Origin: Takakia lepidozioides
Lineage: Eukaryota > Plantae > Bryophyta
NCBI GenBank assembly: GCA_030704615.1
Contig: CM060731.1
Location: forward strand, 49,228,001-49,292,000
DNA: 64,000 nt
Direction of reading: 5' to 3'
The translations under genes were made by a program, and so were the position numbers. The notes under the pieces were generated by a model. That model searched no databases and was not told the DNA's origin. It saw only the letters and a list, made by a program, of their open reading frames with translations. The first letter of the stretch is position 1, and the number at the start of each line of letters is the position of its first letter. This document shows, in pieces, positions 37,560 to 50,599 of this stretch.

Positions 37560-40129
37560 TTATTCTTCACTTTTGTATGTTGGGATATGTATCGATCAAT
37601 GAATGTATTTGGGTAATATACAGATTTTTCAAGTAGGTCCTAGGATGGGCCAATTGGACATTGCTCCCGGTGCTTCTCCAACCACCGAGGTTAAGAGGGT
37701 TATGACACGTCAACGGGATTTGCTGATCAATGCACAAGAGAGAGAGAGGGTGGAGAGGGGTCCCATACATGGGGAGGTAGCTAGGCCGCTTGGCCCAAAT
37801 GATGCTCTTGTTGAAAGATTGGGGAGTACTTCATGGCATGATGCATCTCATGGTACCCAAGGCACCTCTCCCGCTCATGTCCATGATACCTCCATTGGTG
37901 GCCAGTCCTCGGCCAGGAAGGGCCTCGCATTTGGCCAGCTCGCTGCTGTGACTCTAGCTAGTGACAGTTGGGGTCAAGCCTTTCCTGAAGAGCAAGCACA
38001 ACTCATGGCATATTTGGTGGCAATGGGGGTTCCACTGCCATCAATGGGACAACTTTTGGCACCTGAATTCGAGGTGCCTGAGATGCCCGCGCTTAGGCCC
38101 AGGGATACAATCGCCTCGGAGCATCATGATGCCAGTATCTCTCTCGCCATTTTGTTGTATTGCCTACTGCATTCTTTTTGTTTTTTGTTGTTTTTATTTG
38201 GTTTGTGTACATGACTTGCAGAGATTGGCCAAGGGCCTCACAAAACCCATTGTAATTGCAGGCTCCATTTGTGGATCCGGTGCCACGTACCCTTGAGAGA
38301 CCTCTGGTCATTGCCGAGGGAGCCAGAGAGAGACGTAGAGAGAGAGAGAGAGATGGAGGAGGTTGAGGCTGTTGTGGGGAGAGGGAAAACAAAGATAGTG
38401 GAAAAGCCCCTTAGCAAGAAGAAGAAGACGCCTTGCATTGAGGATATCCCTCTCATAGTCGGAGAGTTGGGGGAGGGTAGTGGGAAGGGTAGTGGGAAGG
38501 GAGATATTGGAGAGGGTTCAGTAGAAGGAGAGCCTTGTAAGCGCGGGAAGAGAGGGAAGAAGGGAGGGCTGGAGGTGCCTAAGAAGGTCCCACCTCTAGA
38601 GGCCCACAAATATGGGTATCCAGTTCGAGAGTTTTGGGAAACGTTGAGGAGGCATGCCTTTCCAAAAGCGGCCCGATGGTTCTCTTTGCATCTAGATTGG
38701 GATCAACAACCATGGGAGCACCGTAGGGGATTTGTAGCCGAATTGGAGAAGAAGTTTGGGGGTGGTTGGAGTGAGTCCCGCTTGATGGGGTTGATCGGAA
38801 ATTAGAACCTCAAGGATAGGCGATATCGTGCAAGGAAGGAGATTCGGCAAGCAGTGAAGAAAGGTGTCAAAGCCATTAGGCCATCAAATATCAGTGAGGT
38901 ATGAACTCCACACTTTCTTTACTATTTCATTCATTGTATTTTAGACATGTGCAAGATGAAGGCTCAATTTGCTAGGGGTCGTGAGGTGGCCACGTTACGC
39001 AAAGAGAAAGGGCTAGATACCTGCACCCACAAGTTTGGTCCGGGAGGGCACAAGTCATTTGCGACCCGATTTGTAAGCATTTCATGGATGCATTCACTTT
39101 AATGTGTTGTTTTGTCTACATATGGCTATTTCTTTGGTATATCTTGCATAAACTAATTAAGGTTGTTTGTAATTGTGTAGAATCGTAGGTTTGGGAGACA
39201 CCCAAGCGTGGAGGAGGTAGAATTTGTCAAGAATGAAGGATACCCCACACTTCTTGAGCGCATCAAGACCCATAGGGCCCTCCCCGCGAAGAGTACAAAA
39301 AATATCCTGTAAGTGCTCTAGGCCTTGAGTCACCAATTGTTCGAAAGGTGGCAGACAAGCTTGTGCTGGTATATGAGGATAAGGATGAGGGCGAGGGACG
39401 TGAGGATAAGGGCGAGAGTGATCAGGGTGATGATGATGGTTCGCAGGATGATATGTTGACCCTCAAGGACCTCAAAGTCCATGAGGGTATCTAGTACTAT
39501 AGAAGATGTAACTCCGACCCCCTGGGGGTCGCACAATGGTGATGCCATGACCCCCGCCATACCCGTCGCTACGTAACTCCGACCCCGTGGGGGTCGCACA
39601 GTGGCGATACAACGGCCCCCGCCATACCCGTCGCTACGTATTACCGACCTCATAGGGGTCGCATAGTGGCGATATCCGTCATACCCGTCGCTAGGTACCT
39701 ATGACGGCTTTGGGGTCACACAGTGGCGATACCAATGCCTACCCGCAAGACCCGTCGCTACGTAAATACGACGTCTGGGGGGTCGCAGCATGGCTATACC
39801 CCCGGAACCACCATATCCGTTGCTAGGTAAGTCCAACCCCCGTGGGGTCGGTCGGTATTCCGAACCTTTTAACTTCTTTTTTTTTTATTAAAAAAAAAGT
39901 AAGAGTGCAACCCCCTGGGGGTCGCACGGGCAAAGCTCCACAGCGTCGGACAAGGGGTCAGTTAGAGGGGCCTGGTGTCGGGGTAATTCGGCGATCCCCT
40001 TGGGGTCGGTCTTAACTGCCCGATTTACCGACGCCTCAGGGGTCAGTATTTGGGACTTGGCCGCGACGGCTTTAGACCCCCTTAACGACTCGGTTGGGCG
40101 TCGCTAACCACCCCCCCATTACTGTAGTG
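37560..40129 (+). mobile_element. Right-hand part of a CACTA (En/Spm) transposon: decayed TnpA-like exons, subterminal repeats and terminus
   Basis: Ends ...CCCCCCCATTACTGTAGTG (CACTACAGTAATGGG on minus) at 40129. Dense ACCCGTCGCTA / GGGGTCGCA repeats occupy 39500-40110 and interrupted ORFs occupy 37603-39310. No matching left terminus was found. Confidence 0.75.
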
Positions 40130-40559
40130 CACTTACATACAATTTCGCAAACTATGACACTTGAAAGGTGTGTAGTGTGTGAGCATGTTCACGAACAAGT
40201 AGAATATAACAAGTAAATTTAAGATATCTAGAGAATATTCCATAGCAAATGGTGATTGTGTTCATGGGACAAAAATAAGAAGACCACTTTTAAATTGTAT
40301 AAAATTGTGATCACATGAGTACAAATCACAACAAATGAATAAGGCAACAACAACTACAAGCAGATAAAAGAGAAATTCACATTACAGTCACATCCAAACA
40401 TGTCAAATAAGCAACAATATTCTTCAACGAAACTTTAATATGATAGATTTTTTATACACAGTTTTAATTTTTGATATTATAGAACGTAATTATGTTTGTG
40501 TAATATCCGCTATAGTAGGTTTGTATATTTAATCTTCTAGATCTTCTCTATAATATACA

Positions 40560-41134
40560 CTAGGGTAGCATGTGTTGTTGGTCCAAGTGTCCAGTATCAT
40601 CTAAGTCCAAGTGCAATCCCCTATGTATCCAAGTGTGTCTCATATGTTGAGGCCTATCTAAGCCCAAGTGCAATCTTTTATGTATCCAAGTGCATCTCCC
40701 ATGTAGAGCCCCAAGTGTCCACTGCCATCTAAGCCCAAGTATAATCTCCTATGTATCCAAGGGTGTCTCTCATGTGCTCCTCTGTCGAGGCCCATCTAAG
40801 CCCAGGGCCAATCATTGTTGTCAATTTATTTCTTCTCATGAATTTCCTGTGACCGAAAACACTTGAAATTCCAAATCCCCACATGACGAGCCAATCATTG
40901 CTCCAGGAAAGTCACTTTGCTAATTTTCACGGATTTTTAGCGACCAAAAGTACTTGAAATTTGATATCTCCCACACCCTAGGTCCAAAAATTATGAGATC
41001 AAGCCAGAGCACCCATCCTCATCAAGGGCTTTCCAACAGCACCAAGCACCAGGGCTGGGGCTCTACAGTTTGGGAGAGCTCTAATGCTACAAAACAAAAC
41101 AAAACAAAACAAATTACCTCACTTCATATATTGA
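40560..41134 (-). mobile_element. Non-autonomous Helitron (575 bp)
   Basis: The minus strand starts A|TCAATATATGAAG followed by (TTTTG)n and ends ...CTACCCTAG|T (TC...CTAG in an AT site, no TSD). It contains ~55-60-bp CTAAGCCCAAGTGCAATC..ATGTATCCAAGTG repeats. Related sequences lie at 57429-57990 and 61860-62206. Confidence 0.8.
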
Positions 41135-41229
41135 TATGTTGTCTTGACAGTAATCACGTTGAAAAATGCAATATACATATATTGACTAGACCTATCTCGA
41201 GTAGAACAAATCAATTTCACCTTAGTTGC

Positions 41230-41520
41230 TAAGGATGCAGATGCGGTGGCTCAATTCTTTTTCAATAAGATTATCCTACGCCAGGGTCGCAGCCCTTCTG
41301 AGATTATGACTGATCAAGGGACGTATTTTTGTAACAAACTGATGCAGATTGTGTGTTTCAATATGGGGGTGAAACATCGTACTATTGCTCCCTATCATCC
41401 TCGGTGCAATGGATTGACTGAAAGATTCAACAAAATGATGTGTATTATGCTGGAAAAGAATGGTTTATGGGGAATAGGACACTGCTCTGCATGTGCTGAT
41501 CTTTGCTTATCGGACCTTTG
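41230..41520 (+). mobile_element. Ty3/Gypsy integrase (rve) fragment
   Basis: PSEIMTDQGTYF...GVKHRTIAPYHPRCNGLTERFN is the integrase core D..E region. Confidence 0.85.
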
Positions 41521-42271
41521 CATTAATCCAGCAATAAGGTATCTCTTTTTGTGACTTGAGTAGACATGGCAGACCAGTTCGAACACCAACTCAAGATACT
41601 TCTTTGGTGACCTCTGCTTCTCGGGGAAGTCACTCCCTATATAATTTAGGGAATCATGTGCGATAAAGAGGTATATTCTACGGGGGTATTACTTTTTTTT
41701 TTTTCTCTTTTTTCATCCACCCTATAATTATTTAATATTCACAATTATCTAGCAGACTATTTTTTTTAATATTTGACTGTAATCATCAAATATTTGACAC
41801 CCTATAGTAACATAAAAATAAAACAAACTTTTCTTAGAGTGCAAAATATTTTATTGCTCAATGCTAGTCTAATGCATCTATCAAACGAATGAGGAAAATT
41901 GTTGTATATTTTGAGTGTAGTGAAAAAATATTCCTCGGTTAAGAGAACGAGGTACCTTACAACAACTGAATAAACCGGAGCTTCCAGCAACACAATGAGG
42001 TCAGCAACTAGTGAAGCAGAACTCTTGCGTTGGAAAAGAAGACAAAGTGAGAAGAAAATAAAGCAACCCTAAACCAAAATGTATCCTTCCTAAACCAAGT
42101 CCTCTCATCCGAGCCGAGTCCAAGTCTCGTCATCCAGGTCCAACTAGTCATTTATGAAGTCTCAATACAAATATACCATAGAATGAACGACACTGGTCTC
42201 TCGCCATTGTGGCACCCCTATATTAGTTCTAAAAAGTATATAATTGGAGCATATATATATATATATATATA

Positions 42272-45200
42272 AAGGAATGGGACAGAGGCCAAATTAATTA
42301 AAAGAAGATGTCACAGCGGTGGAAAAAATAACCACCCAGAAGGCCATGGAGGCTTACTAAGGGGGAACATCCCCGTGGCCGTAGCGAACTTGCTAACAGT
42401 AGATAAAGAGGGAGTGAATAAAGGTTAAGCAGAGGTTGCGAGAGAGATAACTTGCTATTCTAGGGCAGGGTGAAAGAGCAGTAAGAAAGATCTTATGCAA
42501 GATAGACTTGTATGCATTGTTCTGAGAATGGTTTAGATTGGAGAGGTAGCTAGCTATGCCGTAAGATAATAGCACAAAAATGATGCGAAGATGAGGTGCG
42601 GAGCTGATCCGGAGTTGACGAGATGATTTTGCTAGCAAGGTCTTTATTTGAGCTATAGGATCGATGATTCCCAAACCACCCTCGGTTTTTTTCTGGCATA
42701 GTTGATCCCATGAGAGTAGTGCTCGTCTCACTCTTGTGACTTTGGTGGCTCCCCAAATGAAGTTGCGGGTGAGAGCTTTAATCTCCTTGAGCATCGTTGA
42801 GTCTGGGTTCCATACTGTCGCGAAGAACCACAGTGAAGCCTGCAGAATCTGGTTGGCTACAAGGGCCCTCCCAACAACTGAGAGCATTGCCGAGCAACCA
42901 GTATGCCAGTTTTCTTTTATATTTTGCCAACACCTCCTTCATTCTGCTTTGCTGCGACATATTTAAACCCATCTCATGCCCTAGCAGAGTGTGCGTTTCT
43001 CCCTCTTGCCCGATGTCAGCTCCCCAAGGTTGACAATGTGTCACACCTGAGCCCTCTTGTAGCTGGGACAAGATCCCTATTGATTTTTTCCAGTTTATCT
43101 TCAGCCCGGAACCCAGGCAAAAGGTGCACAAGGTGACAATTTGAGCATCTCCGGTATGAGTGTTGACAGGTGTAGCCCAATGATGTCCACTCGGTGGTCA
43201 AGCAAGTGACCCAGGGAGTCTGCAGCTATTAAAAATAGAAAAGGGGCCAAGGGGCACCCCTATCCGATCTGGAGATTGGAAAACTCTTGGAGACCACACC
43301 GTTTACCATCACTCTGCTGGAGGCCGAGTGCAGCAAGATCTAAACCCAGGAAAGCAAGGGGGCCCCAAGCCCTGTCTTCTCCAAGGCTCCTATCAGAAAT
43401 GTCCAGTCTATGGAGTCGAATGCCTTTTCAAAATCTAGCATAAGAAATGCCAAAGGTTGATTGTTCACCTGAGCTTTGTGCAGGGCCTCATGCGCCAGAA
43501 GGATGTTGTCTAGAATCATGCGATCCTTGAGAAAGCCTGTTTGGTTTTTCTTTATCATCTTTGACAGTAGAGGTTGCAGCCTCAATGCAAGGGCCTTTGC
43601 TATAATTTTGTAGGTGGAGTTCAACAAAGTAATAGGGCGGTAGTTGGCCATATCCTCCCTATCTCCCTTCTTGAAAATGAGAGTGACAAGTCCTTCAGAA
43701 ATCAGTGATGGCATAATCTTCTTTTCAAGAATGTCATTGGCCATGAGCAGGTATTCTTTCCCAAGGGTCTGCCACATTGCTTTGAAGAGCTCTACAGGGA
43801 GGCCATCAAGGCCTGGAGATTTCTGGGATGCCATGGATTCCACCGCTTTCCCGAGTTCCTCCATGGAGAATGGTTCAGCCAAAATTGCTTTGTCCCTTTG
43901 CGAGATTGCGTAGGGAATGTGCTGCAGCAGGGTTGTTGTGGCCTGGTCTTTTAGGAGAGATGGATTTTGTTTTTGAAAGAGGTTTTTGAAGTAACCAGCG
44001 GCCACTGAAGCCATTGTCCTGGGATTGTCCACCAGCAGACCTGTGGCTGAATCCCGCAGGGCCGGAACAAGGGTTGCAGAACGCCTTTGAGCTGTTTTGA
44101 TGAAGAAGTATTTATTCATCTTTTCGCCTTTGAGTGACCAGTTGACTCCTGCCTTGATCCTCATGAACTCTTCTTTGGCATGCAACAGTAGGGACAAATT
44201 CTGTTTGGCAGTTTTGTATGAAAACATTGTGTAGGGGCCCTTATGTCCAGTCTGCAATTAATACTGACAAACCTCCAGGCATTTCGTGAGGGCTTTCTGC
44301 CTCCTGTTCTTATCCTCTGCCTTTTCCCTTGAGATTGCCTGGCATTTATTCCTGAGTATTTTGAGCTTTGTCAGGAAGTGCACAGTTGGTGAGGTGAAAG
44401 GTGCCTCCGCAGTCGCCCATGTCTGTTGCAGAGTTTGAATGACCTCCTGGTCTTTGAGGAATGTGGGGTTGAGTTTGAAGAAGCCCTGACCCTTCACTCT
44501 GGAGCTTGGGGTGCTTAGCATCATGTGGACGGAGGCATGATCAAAATCGGGCTGTACGGGCTGGAGTGGGATTCGCTTAGACCAAGACGCCAGAGTTTCT
44601 GTACAGTAGAATCTGTCCAGACGTGCTTGGCAGAGGTTAGGCGGATCCCTGTTGTTTGTCCAAGTGAATTTGAGCTCTCTTTCATTTAGCGTTGTGACAT
44701 CCAGCAGACCCACAGCTTGTCCCAGCCTGTCTGTATCCTCCTGAAATCTCCCCCTGCTATCCAGTGTTGGATGTTAGTGTGCTGCAATATCTTGTCCATG
44801 ATGTGATCCCACAAAGCCACCCTTTCTTCTTCCCCGTTTGGTGCATAAATGTTAATGACACCTACCATGCCTAGGGTTTGACCCAAGTTCAAAACTAGAA
44901 ACTGGACTCTTCCCTGTATCCAGATGTCATTGGAAACAAACGTTTGTTGTAGAGAGGGGGAGAGCAAAATTGCGGTGCCTCCTCTCGAGTCTATTATTGT
45001 AGGGTTCCAGAAAGCAGTGGCAGAGGGCCAAAATGATGCTCCTAGAGAGGTGATTTTAGCTTGGTCTAGCTTATGTTCTTGCAGAAAGATGAGATTGAAG
45101 CTACGGATAAATCCTGAGGCCCAGGTTCTTCCCCTTGCCCTTTTCGGGGCAGAATGATAAGATCCCAGGCCTCTTATATTCCAAGAAGAAAGAGAGAGGT

Positions 45201-47480
45201 TCATGAGTTGGCGAGTGGAAGGCCCATGTTGTTAGCATGATCTGATGGCCATAGGGGATTGAAAAGAAATTCTGAAGGTAAAGCTGAGACCCATTTGAAT
45301 CCTTTGGGGAGGGGAAGCAAGTGCGGAAGTTTCTAGGTGTACACTGTTCTGGATCTCTTCCTTTTGCTATTGTAGTTGATTGGGAGATATTGGTTTGCAC
45401 TGTCCTTGTGGATGGAGAGGTTTGTAGCAGAGATGTCCCAAGAAAGAATCTGAGAAAAAAAGAGAAGTGCCGATGAGGATGAGGGGAGTGCTGTGGAGTC
45501 CCACCAGCCTGGCATGAGTTTTTGGTGAGTTGGATGACTGTCCAGCATGAGGGTCCAGACCCTTTTGCTGTTAGTAGCATGAGGGACATAGAAACAGAGA
45601 GGGGAGCAAGCATGGGAGGACATGCTTACCATTGGAGGCGATTCGATGGTCTCCTTTGGTAGCAGGAAAGTGATGGAGGTGTCAGCCACCGCATTGGAGG
45701 AGATGTTAAACTGATTTTCCCCCACCAGTACGAGCTCCCTGTTTGTGTTTGGCTGCAACAGGGGCTGTTTTCCTTTCTCCTTCTGCATTTCGTAATGTTC
45801 GTCCACCCATTTGAGACCATGCTCGAAGATCTGCTTGCTGCGAGCCCATTCATTTGGATCCTTAACCCTGCAGGAGAGAAAGTACTTGCATACGCAAATC
45901 CACGAGTTATGGGCACCCGTGGTATCCAAACCTCTATTGTAGATCACTGGCATGACATGGACAATTGCTAAATCAGGATGAGAGTCATTGTTAACCACCA
46001 TGATGCCAATGTGTTGAATGTGATTTAAAGTGAGGTTCAGATTAGGGAAGAACTCCTAGAGCACCCCTAAGGTGAGTGCGAGCGTGATATCTCTTTCCTT
46101 CCCTACTCCAAATTGAAGGGCAATGGCCTCTGTAACCCATGCTGTCTGAAACCCTTCTTTGATACTTGGGAGGAAAAAATTGGTGTAGTCATCAATGAAG
46201 GTTTACAGCAGTGGGGTGACACAGATTGCCGCCTTCTCCCTCGCGTAGTTTGAACCCGGTGCCCATCCAGGCAGGGGCTTTGATTTGAAGGAGTGAAGTT
46301 CCAGGAAAGAGATTGCCAGGCTGCCACTGTCCAGTTGTTGGAGATCGGATTCTGTGAAGGGAAAGGAGGCCCAAGCCTCCATGATTCTTACGGGAAAGAA
46401 GCCAGAGCCAGAGGGTCTTTTGGGCGAGGTGGGGGCCGGTAGCTCTGCACTTCTTTTCCTTTTTTTTGAGGTGTGTAGCTTGTCATTGACTGTGATGTAT
46501 TCGTTGGTGTCCATTGCCACAGCCTCCGGCATTTGCAGATTTTGACCTTGGTTTGAGATGCTTTGCAGGGGCTGCGAAGAGCCTTCATCTTTCCTTGTGA
46601 CTTTTGCGCCTGGGCAGTCTACCTTGACATGTCCTTCAGCATTGCACCGAAAACAGATAACATCAAGCACCTCCTCCTTTATGGCCACTACTATGAACGA
46701 GTCATCTAGAGTTGGTAACTTGATGGAGCTGCCAATTTTGGCATTATCTGGCATGAGGACAACCAGCTTAGGGACTCCGTTATCTGAATTGTAATCGCTT
46801 TGCACCATCTCTGTGTCTACACTGACAATTTGGGCTTGGACTGGTTCATATACGTTAATCGCACTTATGAATGTGCCAAACCTTGCTCCGATTTCAGGGA
46901 GTGATGTGAGGTAAGTGGGTGGCAGGAAGGGTATCGCTAGGTCTCCAGAGAACACCTTTCCTGTGCCCCCAGTCATGCATCCAAGGTAAAATGAAGACCT
47001 TGACTGGGGATTGCTGGGTGTTGAATGCCAGCGCTTTGTCCACGTCTGATTTGGAGGAGAATAGGACAGCATAGAAGCCTCGGCCCATGGAGAGGCTGAA
47101 ATGATGCGCAAGTCCACCTTGGTGTCCGAGATGTTGGATTATCCAGCGCCTGATCTCAGCTCTAGGGCGGGGTCTGCCAGGGAAGTAGATGAGGATTCCT
47201 GTTTGAGTCAGTTTTTGCGCTTGTGCGATCAACTTGTCAAAGCGATAACATATTGCTCTGTTTCCACTTGCACCTCTGTATCTTCCCATAACGCCTCAGC
47301 GGGTCTGGGGGATGGCAATGTGGTATTTGGAGTCGGGCCTTTTCCAAGGATGGAGCCGGAGGCCTCAAAGGCATTTTTCTTGGTCCAGACCTGGTTTTTG
47401 CCTCTTCCTTGAGTGGAAGTTCCTCCGCATTTGCCGCACTTCGAGCTTCCACCTCTGGAGTCCATGACAAACCCGCCAAA
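42272..47480 (-). mobile_element. Degenerate L1 LINE (ORF1 with RRM-like region and CCHC knuckle; ORF2 APE-RT), multiple frameshifts and deletions
   Basis: ORF1 has SMGRGFYAVLF and CFRCNAEGHVKVDC. ORF2 has SWNIRGL, FLQEH, NIYAPN, ARLDRFY, KSPGLDGLP, NYRPITLLN, LDFEKAFD and GGLGI. The YADD region appears deleted. The element ends near (TA)n at 42251-42271. Confidence 0.9.
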
Positions 47481-48111
47481 TGACGATGGTCAGCATGTCA
47501 CTTAGACTGGCGTTCTGCTGGGAGTAGTGAGAATGAGAGGGTAGATTTTAGAATTGAGAAGAGAATCAGGGGGTAGTTGGATGCTGCGGATGCAGCTGAA
47601 GCAGTGAGAAGTAGTGAGAAGAATGATACTCCAGCTGATGTTGAGGGAGCACCTTGAAGCAAATGAAAAGAGTGTGGGTGGAGGAGACAGATAGAATGAT
47701 CTTTTCTGTGAGAAGTTTCTTGGGAGAGCAAGGTAGAGATGAGTGCAGATGATCATGAGTTTGATGAACCCTGGGTCTTGGCGTACCTCAGTCCATCCTT
47801 GAATACACATATCGTTGCTTAAGAAGATAGGGGGGAAGAAAGTGGCTAAGTCCCTGGGCTCACTCACCGCAAACTGCGGAGCGACACCCCCCGGACTTTA
47901 TGTTGTCACCTACCCCATATATTCATAACCATATTTTTATTTAAATACGGTATCCCAAATAAAGACACCCAATTTATTTCTAAGAATATTGTAAAATTTA
48001 TCTTCAAAGAATATATGTTACCTTATTGTTTTTTGCATGCTGTTTGGAAAAAAATGGAAATGACTTCCCCGGGCTTTGCCTCTGAACCAGTCAATTGGGA
48101 TCTGTTTTTTT

Positions 48112-49226
48112 TGTGACATGCACGCTAAACACAGGAAACTAGAGATTCAAGTTAGTTATCATATCAATGCTTCTCAATGTGTTCAGGCTATGAATTATAA
48201 TCGTGGAGTCCGGTACTCGGAGGAGTTTTTGTAGGGGCAATCAGTGTGTGTTCGTGTGCAACCCGAGAAGATTGTCTCCAAAGCTGCAAAGTGAATTGAA
48301 GGCCGTTGCCTCATAGTGGAGAAGCTGCGTGGAAGATAATACCTCTTGCTACCTCAACATGAATCTGTTCCAGTTCTTACTCATTGCAGGGTTCATTTGG
48401 ATTGCTTGCTACATTGCAAATTTGTCTTTGATTTGACTTGTTTGGATGTAGAATGCAGCTGTGTCTACTTATGCTTGTCTGTTCATGAGTGTAGGTAAGG
48501 TGCTCTAAGGCAGTTTTCTGTTGGTACCTTTGTAGACTCATTCTTCTGTGCTCCATGCACTAAACTATGTGGTTTTGGTTAGTGAATAATGCTCGACATT
48601 TGGAGGATGACGCTGATGAAGTAGACTAGGATCACGTGATAGTCTTCTGCATCATCTTGTTACACGATTGGGGTTTTTCCCAAAGGGGTTTGATTCACTC
48701 ACCTTGCATAGTAAGGTTTTCTCCTTGGGTTTTTTCCATCCCTCTCATGCCGGATGCACTTCAGGTTGATAATGATATATTACGCTTGGAGTTGTCAGAT
48801 TTGGTTTGGCTTTAGCCTCGGGGATGAATCCTCATGCTCGTTCTGGAGCTCGCTACTGGTGGTGCATGGAGGCTTTATAAATGTGAAGTCCAAGATTCGA
48901 CCTCGTGATGGATTCCATTCTGTTGTTTGATTTAAAGATAAAGTGCCAAGCCGTTGAGGCAAGTTACCTCCTATCTTATTTTAGCCTCGAGCTGAGGTGT
49001 GGTACTCGAGGTCTTGTAATTTGGCAAGCCAACAAGGGCTGAGCATGTGTACATCCAGGATGAGTCCGGCCTGATTATTCAATGGAAATAGAGACATGAT
49101 CTTTCTCAGTGTGTTTTGTGTAATCATGACGGTCTATCATAACTGTGATGTATTGGATGTAAAGTGTGGATTCTCTATAGGGTAATGCATTGAGTGGAGG
49201 GCATTCCCGAATTTAAGGGCGTGACG
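48112..49226. mobile_element. Possible solo LTR
   Basis: ~1.1-kb non-coding block bounded by TGTGAC... and ...AAGGGCGTGACG, resembling Gypsy TGTCACGCCC/GGGCGTGACA ends; no TSD found. Confidence 0.3.
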
Positions 49227-49340
49227 TCGAGGCGGTAGCCCATGGGAAGGGCCCGAAAATCCGAGAATGCTCGACACACGACTAGCATTACTCTGCATAA
49301 AGAAATGCCAAAAAATTCAAAAAAAATCTAATGGCCAGTG

Positions 49341-49471
49341 CATTTTGTAAGAGGTAGAGCCCTCACCCCAGGACTTTCCTGGATTTGAGGTGCCTGTACC
49401 GAGGGCGGAGCCCCAGGGGTCGAGAATCCAGGAAAGTCCAAGGGCGAGGGCTTTACCTTTCGTAAAAAATG
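49341..49471. repeat. ~130-bp imperfect inverted repeat (fold-back hairpin)
   Basis: AGGTAGAGCCCTCACCCCAGGACTTTCCTGGATT pairs with AATCCAGGAAAGTCCAAGGGCGAGGGCTTTACCT around a ~40-nt GC-rich loop. Confidence 0.9.
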
Positions 49472-50164
49472 AAGCTGGACGTTTTTCGAGACTGCTCGTT
49501 TCTCCTCTCCCTTGCCACTAGGGTTTCATTGTCACGTGCATTAAAATCGCTGCCCAAGTTTGAAAAGTTACAAGTTTCCGTTTTACTTTGAGATATGTCG
49601 AGTCTTTTATTTGTTAACCCTTTACTACGTGTAAACTGTTTGCCCAATATTAAGAATAATATATCCATAATATCAGTCCCAAACGTTCAAAAAATAAAAT
49701 CAGCGAAAACCCAGCGGACAATTAAGAGGCTGTCTGAAAACATGTGGCGGGCTCCACTCTAGAGCATGCGGGAAATGGCATGGGCCCCACATAGGTGTCA
49801 CTTGCCATATGTTAGGAGACTTATGGAATGTTCCAGAGGAGTGCAGAACACTGGAGGGAGCGGGTCCCACTAGAACGCACCTATTTAGAGCAACCTTCCC
49901 ACCGTTTAAGGAAACAGACAAGACTGGTCGGGTACACTTCTCACTTCCATGCATGGGGCGGCGGGGCAGACGCTTAGCATTGTAGCACAGGCTAGAGAGC
50001 GCAAGTTGCATGGAATGTACCAAAGGGTAGGCGAGGAACCTTGGAGGGAGGCTTGGTGTGGTGATTAGAGGTTGGCTGGAGCAAAGACAAGGGAGGTGGC
50101 AAAGCAAGTATAACTTATGGTGTCACTTGACCCAGAAGGGCTACTGCCTTCCGGTAGGAAGGTG

Positions 50165-50242
50165 GACACCTTTGTAACAACCAACAGGGTGGTTTGAACC
50201 CACAACCACTCGTAAGAGGGTGTATGCTACATGTTGGTTGTT
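50165..50242 (-). repeat. tRNA-derived (SINE-like) repeat, copy 1
   Basis: Minus strand AGTGGTTGTGGGTTCAAACCAC..TTGGT..ACAAAG is homologous to 55545-55596 and contains a B-box-like GGTTCAAACC. Confidence 0.4.
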
Positions 50243-50599
50243 CAGCAAAGACAAATATGAGGAGGAGGTCGTGCTAGCAGCTGGCGGCAACTAAGGACCA
50301 GCAGGTTCATTCCATTGCTAAGTTCTCTGCTTCATTGCTAAGTTCATTCAGATGCTACGCTCGGCATGAACGGAGGGTTGTTATATTCCATTAGGGCGAG
50401 TTATATATTTTTATTATGTTACAAATTCATGTCAGGGAAGCCCTAGTTTTAACAAAGCCAAAAAATCTGAAGGTTTTTACGCATTTCGGAATGCACCCCG
50501 GGGAGCACATGGGGTGAATGCACCCGATCAGCTTTTTAACGGCACAATAGATACAAACAATTTTTTTTGGCAGTGCTTTACGTATGCTGAATTGTGAGT

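Noticed and set aside
35500-37560. Left terminus of the CACTA element
   Set aside because: No CACTACAGTAATG match found upstream, so the element is treated as one-ended.
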